Program-made: the position numbers and the translations under genes
Part shown: positions 11,749 to 24,715 of the stretch, in pieces
Position numbering within the stretch: the stretch's first letter is position 1
Layout: each line of letters starts with the position of its first letter
Notes under the pieces: generated by a model
The model's database searches: none
Told to the model about the DNA's origin: nothing
The model's input: only the letters and a program-made list of their open reading frames with translations
Assembly: GCF_006345805.1 (NCBI RefSeq)
Contig: NW_021836179.1
Coordinates: 124,001-188,000 of the forward strand
Origin: Octopus sinensis
Lineage: Eukaryota
DNA length: 64,000 nt
Reading direction: 5' to 3'

Positions 11749-12565
11749 GTATTTCTTTACTGCCCATGAGGGGCTAAACATAGAGGGGACAAACAAAGTG
11801 ATTAAGTCAATTACATCGACCCCAGTGCGAAACTGGTACTTTATTTATCGACCCTGAAAGGATGAAAGGCAAAGTCGACCTCGGCAGAATTTGAACTCAG
11901 AACGTAAAGACAGACGAAATACCTATTTCTTTACTGCCCACAAGGGGCTAAACACAGAAGAGACAAACAAGGACAGAGAAATGGATTAAGTCAATTACAT
12001 TGTCCCCAGTGCGAAACTGGTACTTTATTTATCGACCCCCGAAAGGATGAAAGGCAAAGTCGACCTCGGCAGAATTTGAACTCAGAACGTAACGGCAGGC
12101 GAAATACCTATTTCTTTACTACCCACAAGGGGCTAAACACAGAAGAGACAAACAAGGACAGAGAAATGGATTAAGTCAATTACATCGACTCCAGTGCGAA
12201 ACTGGTACTTTATTTATCGACCCCCGAAAGGATGAAAGGCAAAGTCGACCTCGGCAGAATTTGAACTCAGAACGTAAAGACAGACGAAATACCTATTTCT
12301 TTACTGCCCACAAGGGGACAAACAAGGACAGAGAAATGGATTAAGTCAATTACATTGACCCCAGTGCGTAACTGGTACTTTATTTATCGACCCCCGAAAG
12401 GATGAAAGGCAAAGTCGACCTCGGCAGAATTTGAACTCAGAACGTAACGGCAGACGAAATGCCTATTTCTTTACTACCCACAAGGGGCTAAACACAGAAG
12501 GGACAAACAAGGACAGACATAGGTATTAAGTCAATTATATCGACCCCAGTGCGAAACTGGTACTT
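11749..12565 (-). repeat. Tandem array of ~4.5 5'-truncated SINE-2 units (~170-187 bp)
   Basis: Repeated TATTTCTTTACT.CCCACAAGGGG...GAAAGGATGAAAGGCAAAGTCGACCTCGGCAGAATTTGAACTCAGAACG. Confidence 0.9.
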
Positions 12566-13034
12566 AGCTGATCACTGCTTCTCTCTCTTTTATTTATAGA
12601 TTTGATTATTATATAATAAGCAAAATTTGTTACTTTTGAAATGCAGCTGTAAAGGACCAGTCATCAGATTCCCATATGGGAGCAAACTATATTTCATGCA
12701 TTAACATATAAAACATGTTAGACCACAAACGTGTCTGTCAGGCACAGGTCGACAGGCTACGATCGTGGCCCAGATAGATGCATTTAATTCATGAGCGTTT
12801 GTTGGGATCTAATGTCACTCAAAGGTCCTGATGCCCCCCCCCCAGAATGCAAGAGTTCAACTAACGACTTTTCAGGTGATGTAAAACTTGCCACCGTTAT
12901 ATAACTAAGAAGATATTTTAACTATTTTTTGTTTTTCATGTGTCCATGGTAGTCTTTTCATGAAAAATGCGCTCAGAAGTCCATGCTTATGTAAGTGCAA
13001 ATCCCAGTGCTTTACGGGTTAATTAATTTCACTG

Positions 13035-13230
13035 TGAGGCTTTCTCCGTCTGGGTTGCGGATCCGTGGAATAAGCTGCCGGACGAGATGGTGAAGATGCC
13101 GACGACCGCTCAGTTCAAAGTCTCCCTTGACCACAAGTGGCCTGAACTCTTTACATGAACACCACCCTGTACATAACTCCATGGCCTTGCTTTTTGCTTT
13201 CTGAGCCAAAAATTAACTAACTAACTAACT
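13035..13230 (+). mobile_element. CR1/L2-clade LINE 3' fragment
   Basis: Translates to VADPWNKLPDEMVKMPTTAQFKVSLDHKWPELFT*, a CR1-type RT C-terminus (cf. RVAEAWNKLP at 41700), followed by a (TAAC)n tail. Confidence 0.7.
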
Positions 13231-13283
13231 GATCAATTATCAAGTCATCTGTATTTTCTATACAATCTTTGTTTTTATTAGGG

Positions 13284-13356
13284 ACTAGCAGTATCGCGCG
13301 GCGTTGCTCGGGTTTGTAAGCGCTGTGACCCGGCAACGCCGGGTCATAGTGCTAGT
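13284..13356 (+). mobile_element. Very short Helitron/HINE-like element
   Basis: Ends ACTAGCAGTAT / ATAGTGCTAGT; 3' hairpin TGACCCGGC-AAC-GCCGGGTCA lies 5 nt before CTAG|T; 5' subterminal inverted copy CGCGGCGTTGCTCGGG. Confidence 0.5.
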
Positions 13357-13517
13357 TATTTATATAACCCTGTTCATTGTTCTTTTCTGTTAAGAGAGAA
13401 AATACTTTTGCCTGTAATCCATATTTTTTTCCCATTAAAAAAATCTGAAAAAAACAAAGTACATCGTTTTAATGCATTTATTTGACTAACTTTTATTTGT
13501 TTTAATTTTTCCTTTAA

Positions 13518-14507
13518 CACTTTAGTGTTTAAACCGGCTATATCTGGCCCAAATATTCTACATGTTTTATATTCAAACTGGTGATATCTGGCCTCTCACA
13601 CCTAACCTACATTGACATTCTAAAAATAAAGAATGACATCACTGAAACCTCAAAAGCTATAAGATCATCATCATCATTGTTCGACCGTGGTCGAGACAAT
13701 GGAATTTACCATGCTACTCCAGACTTCACAGTCCATCATAGCATTACGGAGGTCCTGTTGCTGGATGCCTGTATCCCTGGAGATTACATCAGGGTAGGAG
13801 AGTGTGCGCCCTCTGGTATTGCGAGTAGATGGCTTCCAGAGGAGAAGAGTAGAAATTACCTCGTTTTCAGCTCTACAACAATGTCCAGCAAACTGGACTC
13901 TCCTACCTTTCACAAGAGATGACACAGGTGGTAATTTCCCATATACTTGCATTTTGGTTGGATGGCGCTTCCACGAGAGATTTTGAGCTCTCATAAGGAG
14001 GCGAGTGTAGGTTCCATCCAACCACCTCTCAAGCTTCTTTGATAACGTCCAGGTTTCTGAGCCATAGAGTAGAATTGGTTCGACTGGTATCGTGAGCAGA
14101 TGGCTTCCAGAGGAGAAGAGTAGAAATTACCTCTTTTTCAGCCCTACAACAATGTCCAGCAAACTGGACTCTCCTACCTTTCACAAGAGATGACACAGGT
14201 GGTAATTTCCCATATACTTGCATTTTGGTTGGATGGCGCTTCCACGAGAGATTTTGAGCTCTGATAAGGAGGCGAGTGTAGGTTCCATCCAACTGCCTCT
14301 CAAGCTTCTTTGATAACGTCCAGGTTTCTGAGCCATATAGTAGAATTGGTTCGACTGTGGCTTTGAAGATTTCAAGTTTGAAGTCTCTACTTAGATTTGA
14401 TGACCAGATCTTATGCATGTCATTGCTATAAGATAATGCAGGATTAATTAAAAACAATTTGAGTAAAAAAATATTACATTTAACAGAGTAATCTGAACCC
14501 TAAAGGG
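13518..14507. mobile_element. TTAA-flanked (piggyBac-like) MITE, interrupted by an RTE LINE
   Basis: TTAA|CACTTTAG at the left end and CTAAAGGG|TTAA at the right end (1 mismatch); ~220 bp once the LINE and one TSD copy are removed. Confidence 0.6.
13666..14424 (-). mobile_element. 5'-truncated RTE-clade LINE with internal 271-bp tandem duplication
   Basis: Translation LLYGSETWTL..LDGTYTRLL..SWKRHPT..FAGHC is a typical RTE-type C-terminus; (GAT)n tail; 10-bp TSD GCTATAAGAT at 13656-13665 and 14425-14434. Confidence 0.85.
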
Positions 14508-14676
14508 TTAATAATAATCTTTAACATTCACATTTTGCTGATATTTTTATCCAGTTGTGCCTCTTCTGTGCAGGGTGGTCAGGAATCTAGTGTCAATTAA
14601 ACAGTGAACTGCATTAAGCTTCTACAGAAAGACAGACGAAAAAGGTGTGCTGGTATTTGTACACACACATATACAC

Positions 14677-15331
14677 AGGCGCAGGAGTGGCTGTGTGGTA
14701 AGTAGCTGGCTGGCTAACTTGAACTTTTTGAATGTTTTAAAAAGAAAAATTGTATCATTGCCTCATTGTGACTTTTGTGAAATTTTGTGACTTTTTGAAT
14801 TTTTTGAAAAAAGAATGTTGTCTTAGAGAAGTGGAAGTCGGCAGGCACTTTCGTCTTCTCCCATTACCATCTTCGTTCCATCACCATCATTCATACCATC
14901 AATGTCTACGTCCAGCCTGCAAAGCTACATCTATGTACTGCCTTCATGGCAAATTTAATGAATAAAAGTAGCTTGCTAACCAACCACATGGTTCCCGGTT
15001 CAGTCCCACTGCGTGGCATCTTGGGCAAGTGTCTTCTACTAAAGCCTCGGGCCGACCAAAGCCTTGTGAGTGGATTTGGTAGACGGAAACTGAAAGAAGC
15101 CCGTCGTATATATGTATATATATATATATATGTATGTATGTATGTGTGTTTGTGTGTTTGTCCCCCTAGCATTGCTTGACAACCGATGCTGGTGTGTTTG
15201 GCAAAAGAGACCGATAGAAAAAGTACTGGGCTTACAAAAGAATAAGTCCCGGGGTCGAGTTGCTCGATCAAAGGCAGTGCTCCAGCATGGCCGCAGTCAA
15301 ATGACTGAAACTAGTAAAAGAGTAAAGAGTA
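14677..15331 (+). mobile_element. SINE-1 split by a 258-bp insertion (14708-14965)
   Basis: SINE head at 14677-14707 resumes at 14966; AAGTAGCT is duplicated on both sides of the insert. Confidence 0.75.
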
Positions 15332-15500
15332 TATATATATACATATATATATATAAATATATTTGAAATGAGGTACTCAGAAATTCGGATCGTTTTATAT
15401 TTACAGATATTTATTTGTATATTACATGTTTTTATACATCATATAACTTAGATCATGTATTAGCGCTTTCGTCCATTCTGGTGAATTTTTCAAATGGAAC

Positions 15501-15504
15501 TATA

Positions 15505-15560
<56 letters not shown>
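15501..15560. repeat. (TA)n microsatellite (one of many)
   Basis: Direct sequence inspection. Confidence 0.95.
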
Positions 15561-15562
<2 letters not shown>

Positions 15563-15650
15563 TAGCATAATTAGTATGTATATATACCTGTATACATTAA
15601 CATGTATGTATGCAGATAAACCTGTTGCTGTATAATGTATAAGTATGTAT

Positions 15651-16033
15651 ACTCTTTACTTGTTTCAGTCAGTTGACTGCGGCCATGCTGGAGCACTACC
15701 TTTCGTCGAGCAAATCGACCCCGGGACTTATTCTTTGTAAGCCCAGAACTTATTCTATCGGTCTCTTTTGCCGAACCGCTAAGTGACGGGGACTTAAACA
15801 CACCAGCATCGGTTGTCAAGAAATGCTAGGGGGACAAACACAGACACACAAATGCATATATATATATACATATATACGGCAGGTTTCTTTCAGTTTCCGT
15901 CTACCAAATTCACTCACAAGGCATTGGTTGGCCCGGGACTATAGCAGAAGACACTTGCTCAAGATGCCACGCAGTGGGACTGAACCCGGAACCATGTGGT
16001 TGGTTAGCAAGCTACTTACTACACAGCCACTCC
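15651..16033 (-). mobile_element. SINE-1
   Basis: Near full-length match to the family consensus seen elsewhere in the window. Confidence 0.85.
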
Positions 16034-16544
16034 TGGGCCTATGTATGCATATATATAATTTAATATATACATATATCCTTATATATATGATTTTGATTTT
16101 TGATTTTTCCAGTTTCAGCTCATGAGCTGTGGCCATCTAACTCTCCCCTCTAAGCCTTGCAACAGTGACCCACCAATCCTTCCTGAATTTTTGATCCCCT
16201 GCCGAAGCTCTCTGATATTCATTATATTACCTTATTGGTATTCTCCGACACCTTTTCATCACCTGCTTTATCTCGCATTCCAGGTCTGCATCAGTTCCTC
16301 AAAGCCATTTTTATACAATGTTGAGTGGCCAGTGTATAATTCTACTATATGGCTCAGAAACCATAGAGTAGCCCGGAAAGGATGAAAGGCAAAGTTGACC
16401 TCTGCAGAATCTGAACTCAGAACATAAAAGACAAACGGAATATCACTAAGCATTTTGTCCAACGTTCTAAGGAATTCTCCATCTTATTGCCCCTCTCCCT
16501 TCAGAAATTGGCGATGGACAGGAAAATGATGCTGATTTTATGCT

Positions 16545-16940
16545 CTTTTACACTTTTACTTGTTTCAGCCATTTGACTGCGGCCATGCTGGAGCACCGCC
16601 TTTAGTCAAGCAAATCGACCCCGGGACTTATTCTTTGTAAGCCTAGTACTTATTATATCGGTCTCTTATGCCGAACTGCTAAGTAACGGGGCCATAAACA
16701 CACCAGCATCGGTTGTCAAGCAATGCTAGGGGGACAAACACAGACACACACACGCATATATACATGTACATATATACAACGAGCTTCTTTCAGTTTCCGT
16801 CTACCAAATCTACTCACAAGGCTTTGGTCGGCCTGAGGCTATAGTAGAAGACACTTGTCCAAGGTGCCACGCAGTGGGACTGAACCCGGAACCATGTGGT
16901 TGGTAAACAAGCTACTTACCACACAGCCACTCCTGCGCCT
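16545..16940 (-). mobile_element. SINE-1, inside a block duplicated at 60436-61165
   Basis: Full-length family match; flanks are shared with the 60603-61109 copy. Confidence 0.85.
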
Positions 16941-17896
16941 ACTGGGAATTTTTAACGTTATTTTTCTCTACTTTTCTGAGTCGGTCTTTGAAAATTGTTA
17001 CGCTTGGCTTCTGAAGATGAAGGTAGAAGGGCCGGGTGTTATTCGTGGTGAAGGCCAGAATACTAGAAGGCATTCTTTCCGTGTACATAAACAACCAGCA
17101 CCCATTTACTGCCCGCATCACAGCAACAACATCAGGAACTTCATACAAGCACACACAAAAGCAACCTGTGTCCAGGTAAACTACGTGAATGCCATGTAAG
17201 AATCTACTTTTTCACAAAACACTCGACAGATTCGAGAAATGGTTTGTCCGCAACCTTATGCCTCTTCTTGGGAGTGTAAGAAACAACATTGCCCTGTCTT
17301 CTTTTTTCTCCAAAACACAATCTTCAACTTGGTCCTGAATAGAATGGATAGAATACACATTCATGTGCTTGCCTGTCTGTGTTTGTGTATATATGCACCT
17401 CTGTCCCCTTGTGTGTGTGTGTGTTATGTAACTATGTACCATGTTTGTATGTATGGATGTGCATCTTTATATGTGTGGATCCGTGTCTTCACATGTGTCT
17501 GTTCATATAGTCTACATACCTATCCGTCTGTATATTGATCTGTATATTGATAACAGCTTGTTATCACACACACATATCTTTTTTTTACTATGTGAATAAA
17601 TTTATGTTTACAAGTTATTTTCTGAATGGAATGGAGTTTAAAAAGCTACCTGTGTCCAGGTAAACTATGTGAATGCCATGTAAGAATCTACTAAAGTGGT
17701 TGACATAAGGAAGGGCATCTGACTATAAAAAAACATCTCAATGTGGTAACTTTGATGAGTATGGTTACTGTCAGGGGTTAAAGAAGTCAATGATTATTGC
17801 TAAGGGCACAAAGATTAAGCCATGCTTTAGCAGGGGAAACAGTTTTAAAATATTGGTTATTGTGGGATGTTTTAATGATGTCTGACAATGATACAA

Positions 17897-18631
<735 letters not shown>

Positions 18632-19079
18632 TCACCTCAGCATATAATTCCTTTTTTCTTTTTCTTGTAGTAATTTATTCCTTAGAAATATTTCTACTGC
18701 TATCAACTGTGATCTTTATCAATATCTAAAGATGCTGCAAACTCCTTTGTAAATATATTCAAGTTCAATTAGAATGCAAAAGCACCAGATAATGAGATGG
18801 AGAAATGTTGCTATGAATCTTCACTCAGGGCCAATATTTCACAGTAATTCAATCCTGGATTTATAGCAGTTGGGTTATTATATCTGTTCTCTAAAACGTT
18901 TTCCTTTCGTCTTAAAAAAACATGGTAAATATTCCAGATGTATCCAATGTACAAAAGTCGTTTTATGCCAATGTCATCCGTAAATCTGAAATAATAAAGA
19001 AACAGTTTTAGATTAGAGAGGAGAGATCAAAATGGAAATCGTTCAACGTCATATAACATTGGGTGAAATCTAAAAATTT

Positions 19080-19630
19080 GTAAACACACAGGACCCACAA
19101 AGTGTAAAGCTGAAAACCTGGTCATCTTCGAAGAAAGGAAGGGCGGAACCGAATACTCGATACACGGTACAGTATTCCCGGATTTCTGGAAGCCAGGTAA
19201 GAGATCCGGCACGTACGATCGATCGATAGATAGGTGTGTATATCTTACCTGTTATGCTTTACAAATCAATATGACCAGAGAAGCTAAAGAGACGGGGGCG
19301 GCAGCAAGGAAGGCCACAGTCCCTCAGGACCCACAAAGTGTAAAGATGAAAACCTGGTCATCTTCGAAGAAAGGAAGGGCGGAACCGAATACTCGATACA
19401 CGGTGTAAGTATTCCCGGATTTCTTGAAGCCAGGTAAGAGATCCGGCATGTACGATCGATCGATAGGTGTGTATATCTTACCTGTTATGCTTTACAAATC
19501 AATATTTAGAGTGAAAATATATTTACTCACATCAAAATCTCCGCGAAAACACAAAAACACGTTTCTGTTGTTTTTCCCGATTTAAATAGGTTTTGGCGGA
19601 AACGGAAGTAGGGTGTGTCATGTGACAAAT
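19080..19630 (-). promoter_or_regulatory. Promoter/non-coding exon-1 module of ZNF-C
   Basis: E-box GTCATGTGAC (19617-19626), ETS CGGAAGT (19603-19609), donors GAT|GTGAGT and CAG|GTAAGA, CpG-rich; the intronic ~240-bp segment is duplicated. Confidence 0.65.
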
Positions 19631-20249
19631 GTAATCAAATTAAAACAGTTGAATTAAGTTTGTTATTTCACAAACACATATATAATACCTGGGTCGACTT
19701 TGCCTTTCATCCTTTCGGGGTCGATAAATAAAGCACCAGTTTCGCACTGGGGTCGATATAATCGACTCGATCCCTTTCATCTGTCCTTGTTTGTCCCCTT
19801 CTAGTTTAGCCCCTTCTGGGCAATAAAGAAATATATATAATACCTAGGGTCGTGAAAAAAACCTTGTGATGAAAAACGGGATCATGAAGCGATGATTTAA
19901 TACATTCAAAAACACATTCCATTCGACAGATTTTATTTAGTTTATACAAAGAGCATGAGTGACCCCTTTTCGACTCTACTCCGTCGAGTTATCCTCACCA
20001 ACATTCACCAAAAACTTTACATTTCCGAAAAATCATGCTAGACAAAGGGACTTCATACGCTTTTATAAATTTCCCATTAAGGAATTGCGGCGAATCTTCG
20101 GTATACGTACCGTTGTAAATACCGGATACATTTAAAATAAGTGTTGTTTTTTTTTTATATGGGGGGTTAGGGTTTGTGTTAGAATTAGTGGTGGGAGAAA
20201 AGGGTTTTTCTGTTACCTTCAGAAATGTAAACAAAGTCAGGTGTGTACT

Positions 20250-20608
20250 TATACCTATTTCTTTAATACCTACCAGGGGCTAAACACAGAATTTGAAATC
20301 AGAATGTAAAGACAGACGAAATACCTATTTCTTTACTACCCACAAGAGGACAAACAAGAACAGAGAAATGGATTAAGTCGATTACATCGACCCCAGTGCG
20401 TAACTTGTACTTAATTTATCGACCCCGAAAGGATGAAAGGCAAAGTCGACCTCGGCGGAATTTGAACTCAGAACGTAACGGAAGACGAAATACCTGTTTC
20501 TTTATTACCCACAAGGAGCTAAACATAGAGGGGACAAACAAGGACAGACATAGGTATTAAGTCGATTACATCGATCCCCAGTGCGTAACTGGTACTTAAT
20601 TTATCGAA
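20250..20608 (-). mobile_element. Tandem partial SINE-2 copies (an opposite-strand partial copy lies at ~19690-19835)
   Basis: Same tandem unit type as 11749-12565. Confidence 0.8.
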
Positions 20609-21014
20609 AATTCATTTATCAGAATTCATTAGAACGTCCAACAACAGCCGAAATCTTAAATCCATTCAACCAAATACAGCTACCAAACTCAGATAGTTTA
20701 ATTTTAAAATAGATGGATCATAAAAAAAAAATTTTAAAAAAAGGCACGTAACGATGTAATTTAATTATTATGATATCGCTTTTGTGAAATATAGTTAAAA
20801 GCAAAAACTTACGTTTAACTTTTGCTGAGTGGCGTGAGAGCCATAGGATGCTCACCTCTGTTTTAGAACATTCACAAAGGCCGCGGAGGACAACAAAGGA
20901 CATTCGTTAAATCGTTGACGCGGTAACCATGGTGATCTGCATCAAAATAATGTTCCCCCTTTTCCCTCTTTATCTTAACATTTTTGGTTTTATTTACTAG
21001 AGAGCGGTGGGTTA

Positions 21015-21620
21015 ACTCCTGTCACGTGACAGTACTTCCGTTTTCGTTACATTCTGTTTTTGACTCGGGAGAGGAACAAAAAAGTGTTTTTCTCTGTCTT
21101 CACGGAGATTTTGATGTGAGTAAACATATTTTCACTTTAAACATTGATTTGTGTAGCATAACGCGTAAGATATCCACACCTATCGATCGATCGATCGTAC
21201 GTGCCGGATCTCTTATCCGGCTTCCAGAAATCCGGGAATACTTATACCGTGTATCGAGTATTCGGTTCCGCCCTCCCTTTTTCCGAAGATGACCAGGTTT
21301 TCATCTTTACACTTTGTGGGTCCTGAGGGACTGTGGCCTTCCTTGCTGCTGCCCCCCTCTCTTTAGAATCTCTGGTCATATTGATTTGTGTAGCATAACA
21401 GGTAAGATATCGACACCTATCGATCGATCGATCGTACGTGCCGGATCTCTTACCTGGCTTCCAGAAATCCGGGAATACTTATACCGTGTATCGAGTATTC
21501 GGTTCCGCCCTTCCTTTCTTCGAAGATGACCAGGTTTTCAGCTTTACACTTTGTGGGTCCTGAGGGACTGTGGCCTTCCTTGCTGCCGCCCCCGTCTCTT
21601 TAGCTTCTCTGGTCATATCT
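21015..21620 (+). promoter_or_regulatory. Promoter/non-coding exon-1 module of ZNF-D
   Basis: Palindromic E-box GTCACGTGAC (21021-21030), ACTTCCG (21034-21040), donor GAT|GTGAGT at 21116; duplicated ~240-bp intronic segment carrying TATCGATCGATCG. Confidence 0.7.
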
Positions 21621-21824
21621 AATTCGGATTGCTTTACTCCTCCAGAGCACACAACACTACGCTTCAGTGAGCGATGTTGAGCAGAATCTTCCGCTACTAC
21701 AAGCGAATAGTGGTCCCGTTGCGCGCACTCGCGCTAGCTAGTCGATCCTAAATAATTTTTTAAACTAAGTAAATAAATTATTTTTATAAACAACGTAGGG
21801 TTAGGGTTAATAAGCTTTCTGCAC

Positions 21825-22955
21825 ATTTTCAGTATTTATTGCCCCTGAGCATTTGCCAAACACAAAAACTATCTTCCCAGTTTGCCTTCCTTTGACATTG
21901 TTGCACCTCTTATGTGTCCACAGCTTACACCAGGTACATCTTATAGAGTTTCCACCTACACTTTTTCTACAGATCAAGCAGGGCCATCTACCTGAAGGCG
22001 TATGTGATTTGTCTGTCTTCCTTCTTATTAAGACTTTGGTTTTTGTTAGATTGACTCTAAGGCCCTTCTATTCTAGACCTTGCTTCCACACCTGAAACTC
22101 TAGTTCTGAAAGTGATTCAGCTATTAGAGCAAGGTCATCAGCATTGAGAAGCTCCAAGGGATGTCCTGTCTTGAATTCCTCTGTTATTGCCTGGAGGACT
22201 ATGATAAAAAGGAGGGGACTGAGGACTGAACCTTGGTGGACCCCCTACCTCTACCTGGAATTCTTCATTGTACTCATTGCCAACCCTCACCTTACTGACA
22301 GCGTCCCTGTACATGGCTTGCACAGCTCTCACTAACCATTCATCTATCCCTAGTTTCCTCATTGTCCACCAGATAAGGAGGGATTGGGGGGACCCTATCA
22401 AAGGCTTTCTCCATGTCAATGAAAGCCATTTACAGAGCTTTATCTTTGGCTAGGTATTTCTCTTGCAGCTGTCTTACCAGAAATATAGCATCAGTGGTGC
22501 TTTTCGCTGGCACAAACCCAAACTGTATCTTGTCTAAGCTAACTCACTCCCTAATTAATTGAGTTATGACCCTCTCCTTGACTTTCATTACCTAAATTAT
22601 TTGTATCTAATGCATCACCTTTACCTTGGTAGCAGTTGACTATGGTGCTGCTACACCAGTCATTTGTTATGACTCCTTCGTGTATCCCTGATTGACTATA
22701 TGGGTGTCTAAACTATAGCTGGCACCGCCAGATATTTTAAGAATCTCTGTGATGATTCCTGATAGGCTGGAGACTTTCCCTTTCTTCATACCTTTAATTG
22801 CATCATCTACTGAGGTATTGCCAATTTGGATAGCTGATCTCTCTATTGGGTCGACATTCAGCAGACTCTTCCCTCCCCCCATTCATTCTCTTCATTTAAT
22901 AACCTTTCATAGTGGCATCTCCTAGTCTCTGGGTTTGCAGCCTCATTAAATGCAA
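21825..22955 (-). mobile_element. Degenerate RTE-clade LINE (reverse-transcriptase region) in the ZNF-D intron
   Basis: Frameshifted translation RKLGIDEWLVRAVQAMY..SKVRVG / VHQGSVLSPLLF / ADDLAL / C..C...GNSI.C..C..W.H.RC. Confidence 0.8.
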
Positions 22956-23518
22956 GTGAGCTGTCGTCCATTATGTATATGTATGTATACACACACAATG
23001 TGAAGGTGAAGTTGGAGTTCACAAATTGTTAGGTTGTACCCAATGTTATATGATGTCGTTTGTTAATCAATATAGAAATGTAACAATCCTATTTTGATCT
23101 CTCCTCTCTATCTAAATACTGTTTCTTTATTATTTCAGATTCACAGATGACATTGGCATGAAACAACTTTTGTACATTGGAGATATCTGGAATATTTATC
23201 AGTTTTTTAAAGACTAGAGGAAAATATTATAGAGAACAGATATAATAACCCAACTGCTATAAATCCAGGATTGAATTACTGTGAAATATTTGCCCTGAGC
23301 AACATTTCTCCATCTCCTTACCTGTTGCTTTTGCATTCTAATTAAACTTGAATATATTTCTAAAGGGGTTTGCAGCATCTTTAGATATTGATAAAGATCA
23401 CAGTTGATTACAGTAGAAATATTTCTAAGGAAAAGGAAAAGGAAATTATATTCTGTGTTGAGAGAAGAAAGACAAGGGAAAAGTTTAATGGTTGGATCCA
23501 TTTGTATTCCTTAGAGAA

Positions 23519-24715
23519 ATGTCAAAAGATTTAGGAGAATCACAACATGGTTGTGAAATCTGTGGTAAATCCTTCCCCACAGGTAATGATTTGGTTAAGC
23601 ACATTTGTTTTCATACAGGTGAGAAGCCATTTCACTGTGATACCTGTGGTAAATCCTTCTCTCAAAACGGTAGCTTGAGTAAACACAGGCGTATTCACAC
23701 AGGAGAGAAACCATTTCACTGTGATGTCTGTGGTAAATCTTTCACGTTAAACAGTACCTTATTTGTGCATAAAAATATTCATTCTGCGGAAAAACCGTAT
23801 AATTGTGATGTCTGTGGTAAATCATTCTCTGCAAGTAGCACCTTAATTAAACATATACGTATCCACACAGGAGAGAAACCATATGAATGTGATATCTGCG
23901 GACAGGCATTCACTGAGGATGGTCAATTAAAAAGTCACAGGCGTATTCACACAGGTGAGAGACCTTATCAGTGTGATATCTGTGGTGAATCATTCTCTGT
24001 AAGTAGCACCTTAACTAAACATATACGTATCCACACAGGAGAGAAACCATATGAATGTAATATCTGCGGAAAGGCATTCACTGAGGATGGTCAGTTAAAA
24101 AGGCACAGGCGTATTCACACAGGAGAGAGGCCATATCAGTGTGATATCTGTAGTAAAACGTTCCCTGGAATTACTGACTTGAATACACACAAACGTATTC
24201 ATACAAGGGAGAGACCATATCAGTGTGATATCTGTGGTAAATCTTTCACTTTAAACAGTACCTTGTTTATGCATAAAAATATTCATTCTGCAGGAAAACC
24301 ATATAATTGTGATGTCTGTGGTAAATCATTCTCTGCAAGTAGTACCTTAACTAAACATATACGTATCCACACAGGAGAGAAACCATGTGAATGTAATATC
24401 TGCGGAAAGGCATTCACTGAGGATGGTCAATTAAGAAGACACAGGCGTATTCACACAGGTGAGAGACCATATCAGTGTGATATCTGTAGTAAATCATTCG
24501 CTGGAATTACTGACTTGAATACACACAAACGTATTCATACAGGTGAGAGACCATATCAGTGTGATATCTGTAGCAAATCATTCTCTGCCAACTCTAGCTT
24601 CATTCGACACAAACGTGTTCATACAGGTGAGAAGCCACATCGCTGTGATATCTGTGGCAAAGCATTCTCTCAAAACAGTGATTTAACTAAACACAAAGGT
24701 ATTCACACAGTGTGA
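23519..24715 (+). CDS. ZNF-D: C2H2 zinc-finger protein, 398 aa, 14 fingers, C-terminally truncated
   Basis: Conserved ATG (MSKDLGES) at 23519; acceptor at 23138; the stop arises in a shortened linker (CACACAGTG TGA TAA). Confidence 0.9.
   Translation: MSKDLGESQHGCEICGKSFPTGNDLVKHICFHTGEKPFHCDTCGKSFSQNGSLSKHRRIHTGEKPFHCDVCGKSFTLNSTLFVHKNIHSAEKPYNCDVCGKSFSASSTLIKHIRIHTGEKPYECDICGQAFTEDGQLKSHRRIHTGERPYQCDICGESFSVSSTLTKHIRIHTGEKPYECNICGKAFTEDGQLKRHRRIHTGERPYQCDICSKTFPGITDLNTHKRIHTRERPYQCDICGKSFTLNSTLFMHKNIHSAGKPYNCDVCGKSFSASSTLTKHIRIHTGEKPCECNICGKAFTEDGQLRRHRRIHTGERPYQCDICSKSFAGITDLNTHKRIHTGERPYQCDICSKSFSANSSFIRHKRVHTGEKPHRCDICGKAFSQNSDLTKHKGIHTV

Noticed and set aside
20161-20175. TTAGGG telomere-like motifs (also ~21797-21808)
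   Set aside because: Only 1-2 units, within repeat-derived sequence; not an interstitial telomere array.
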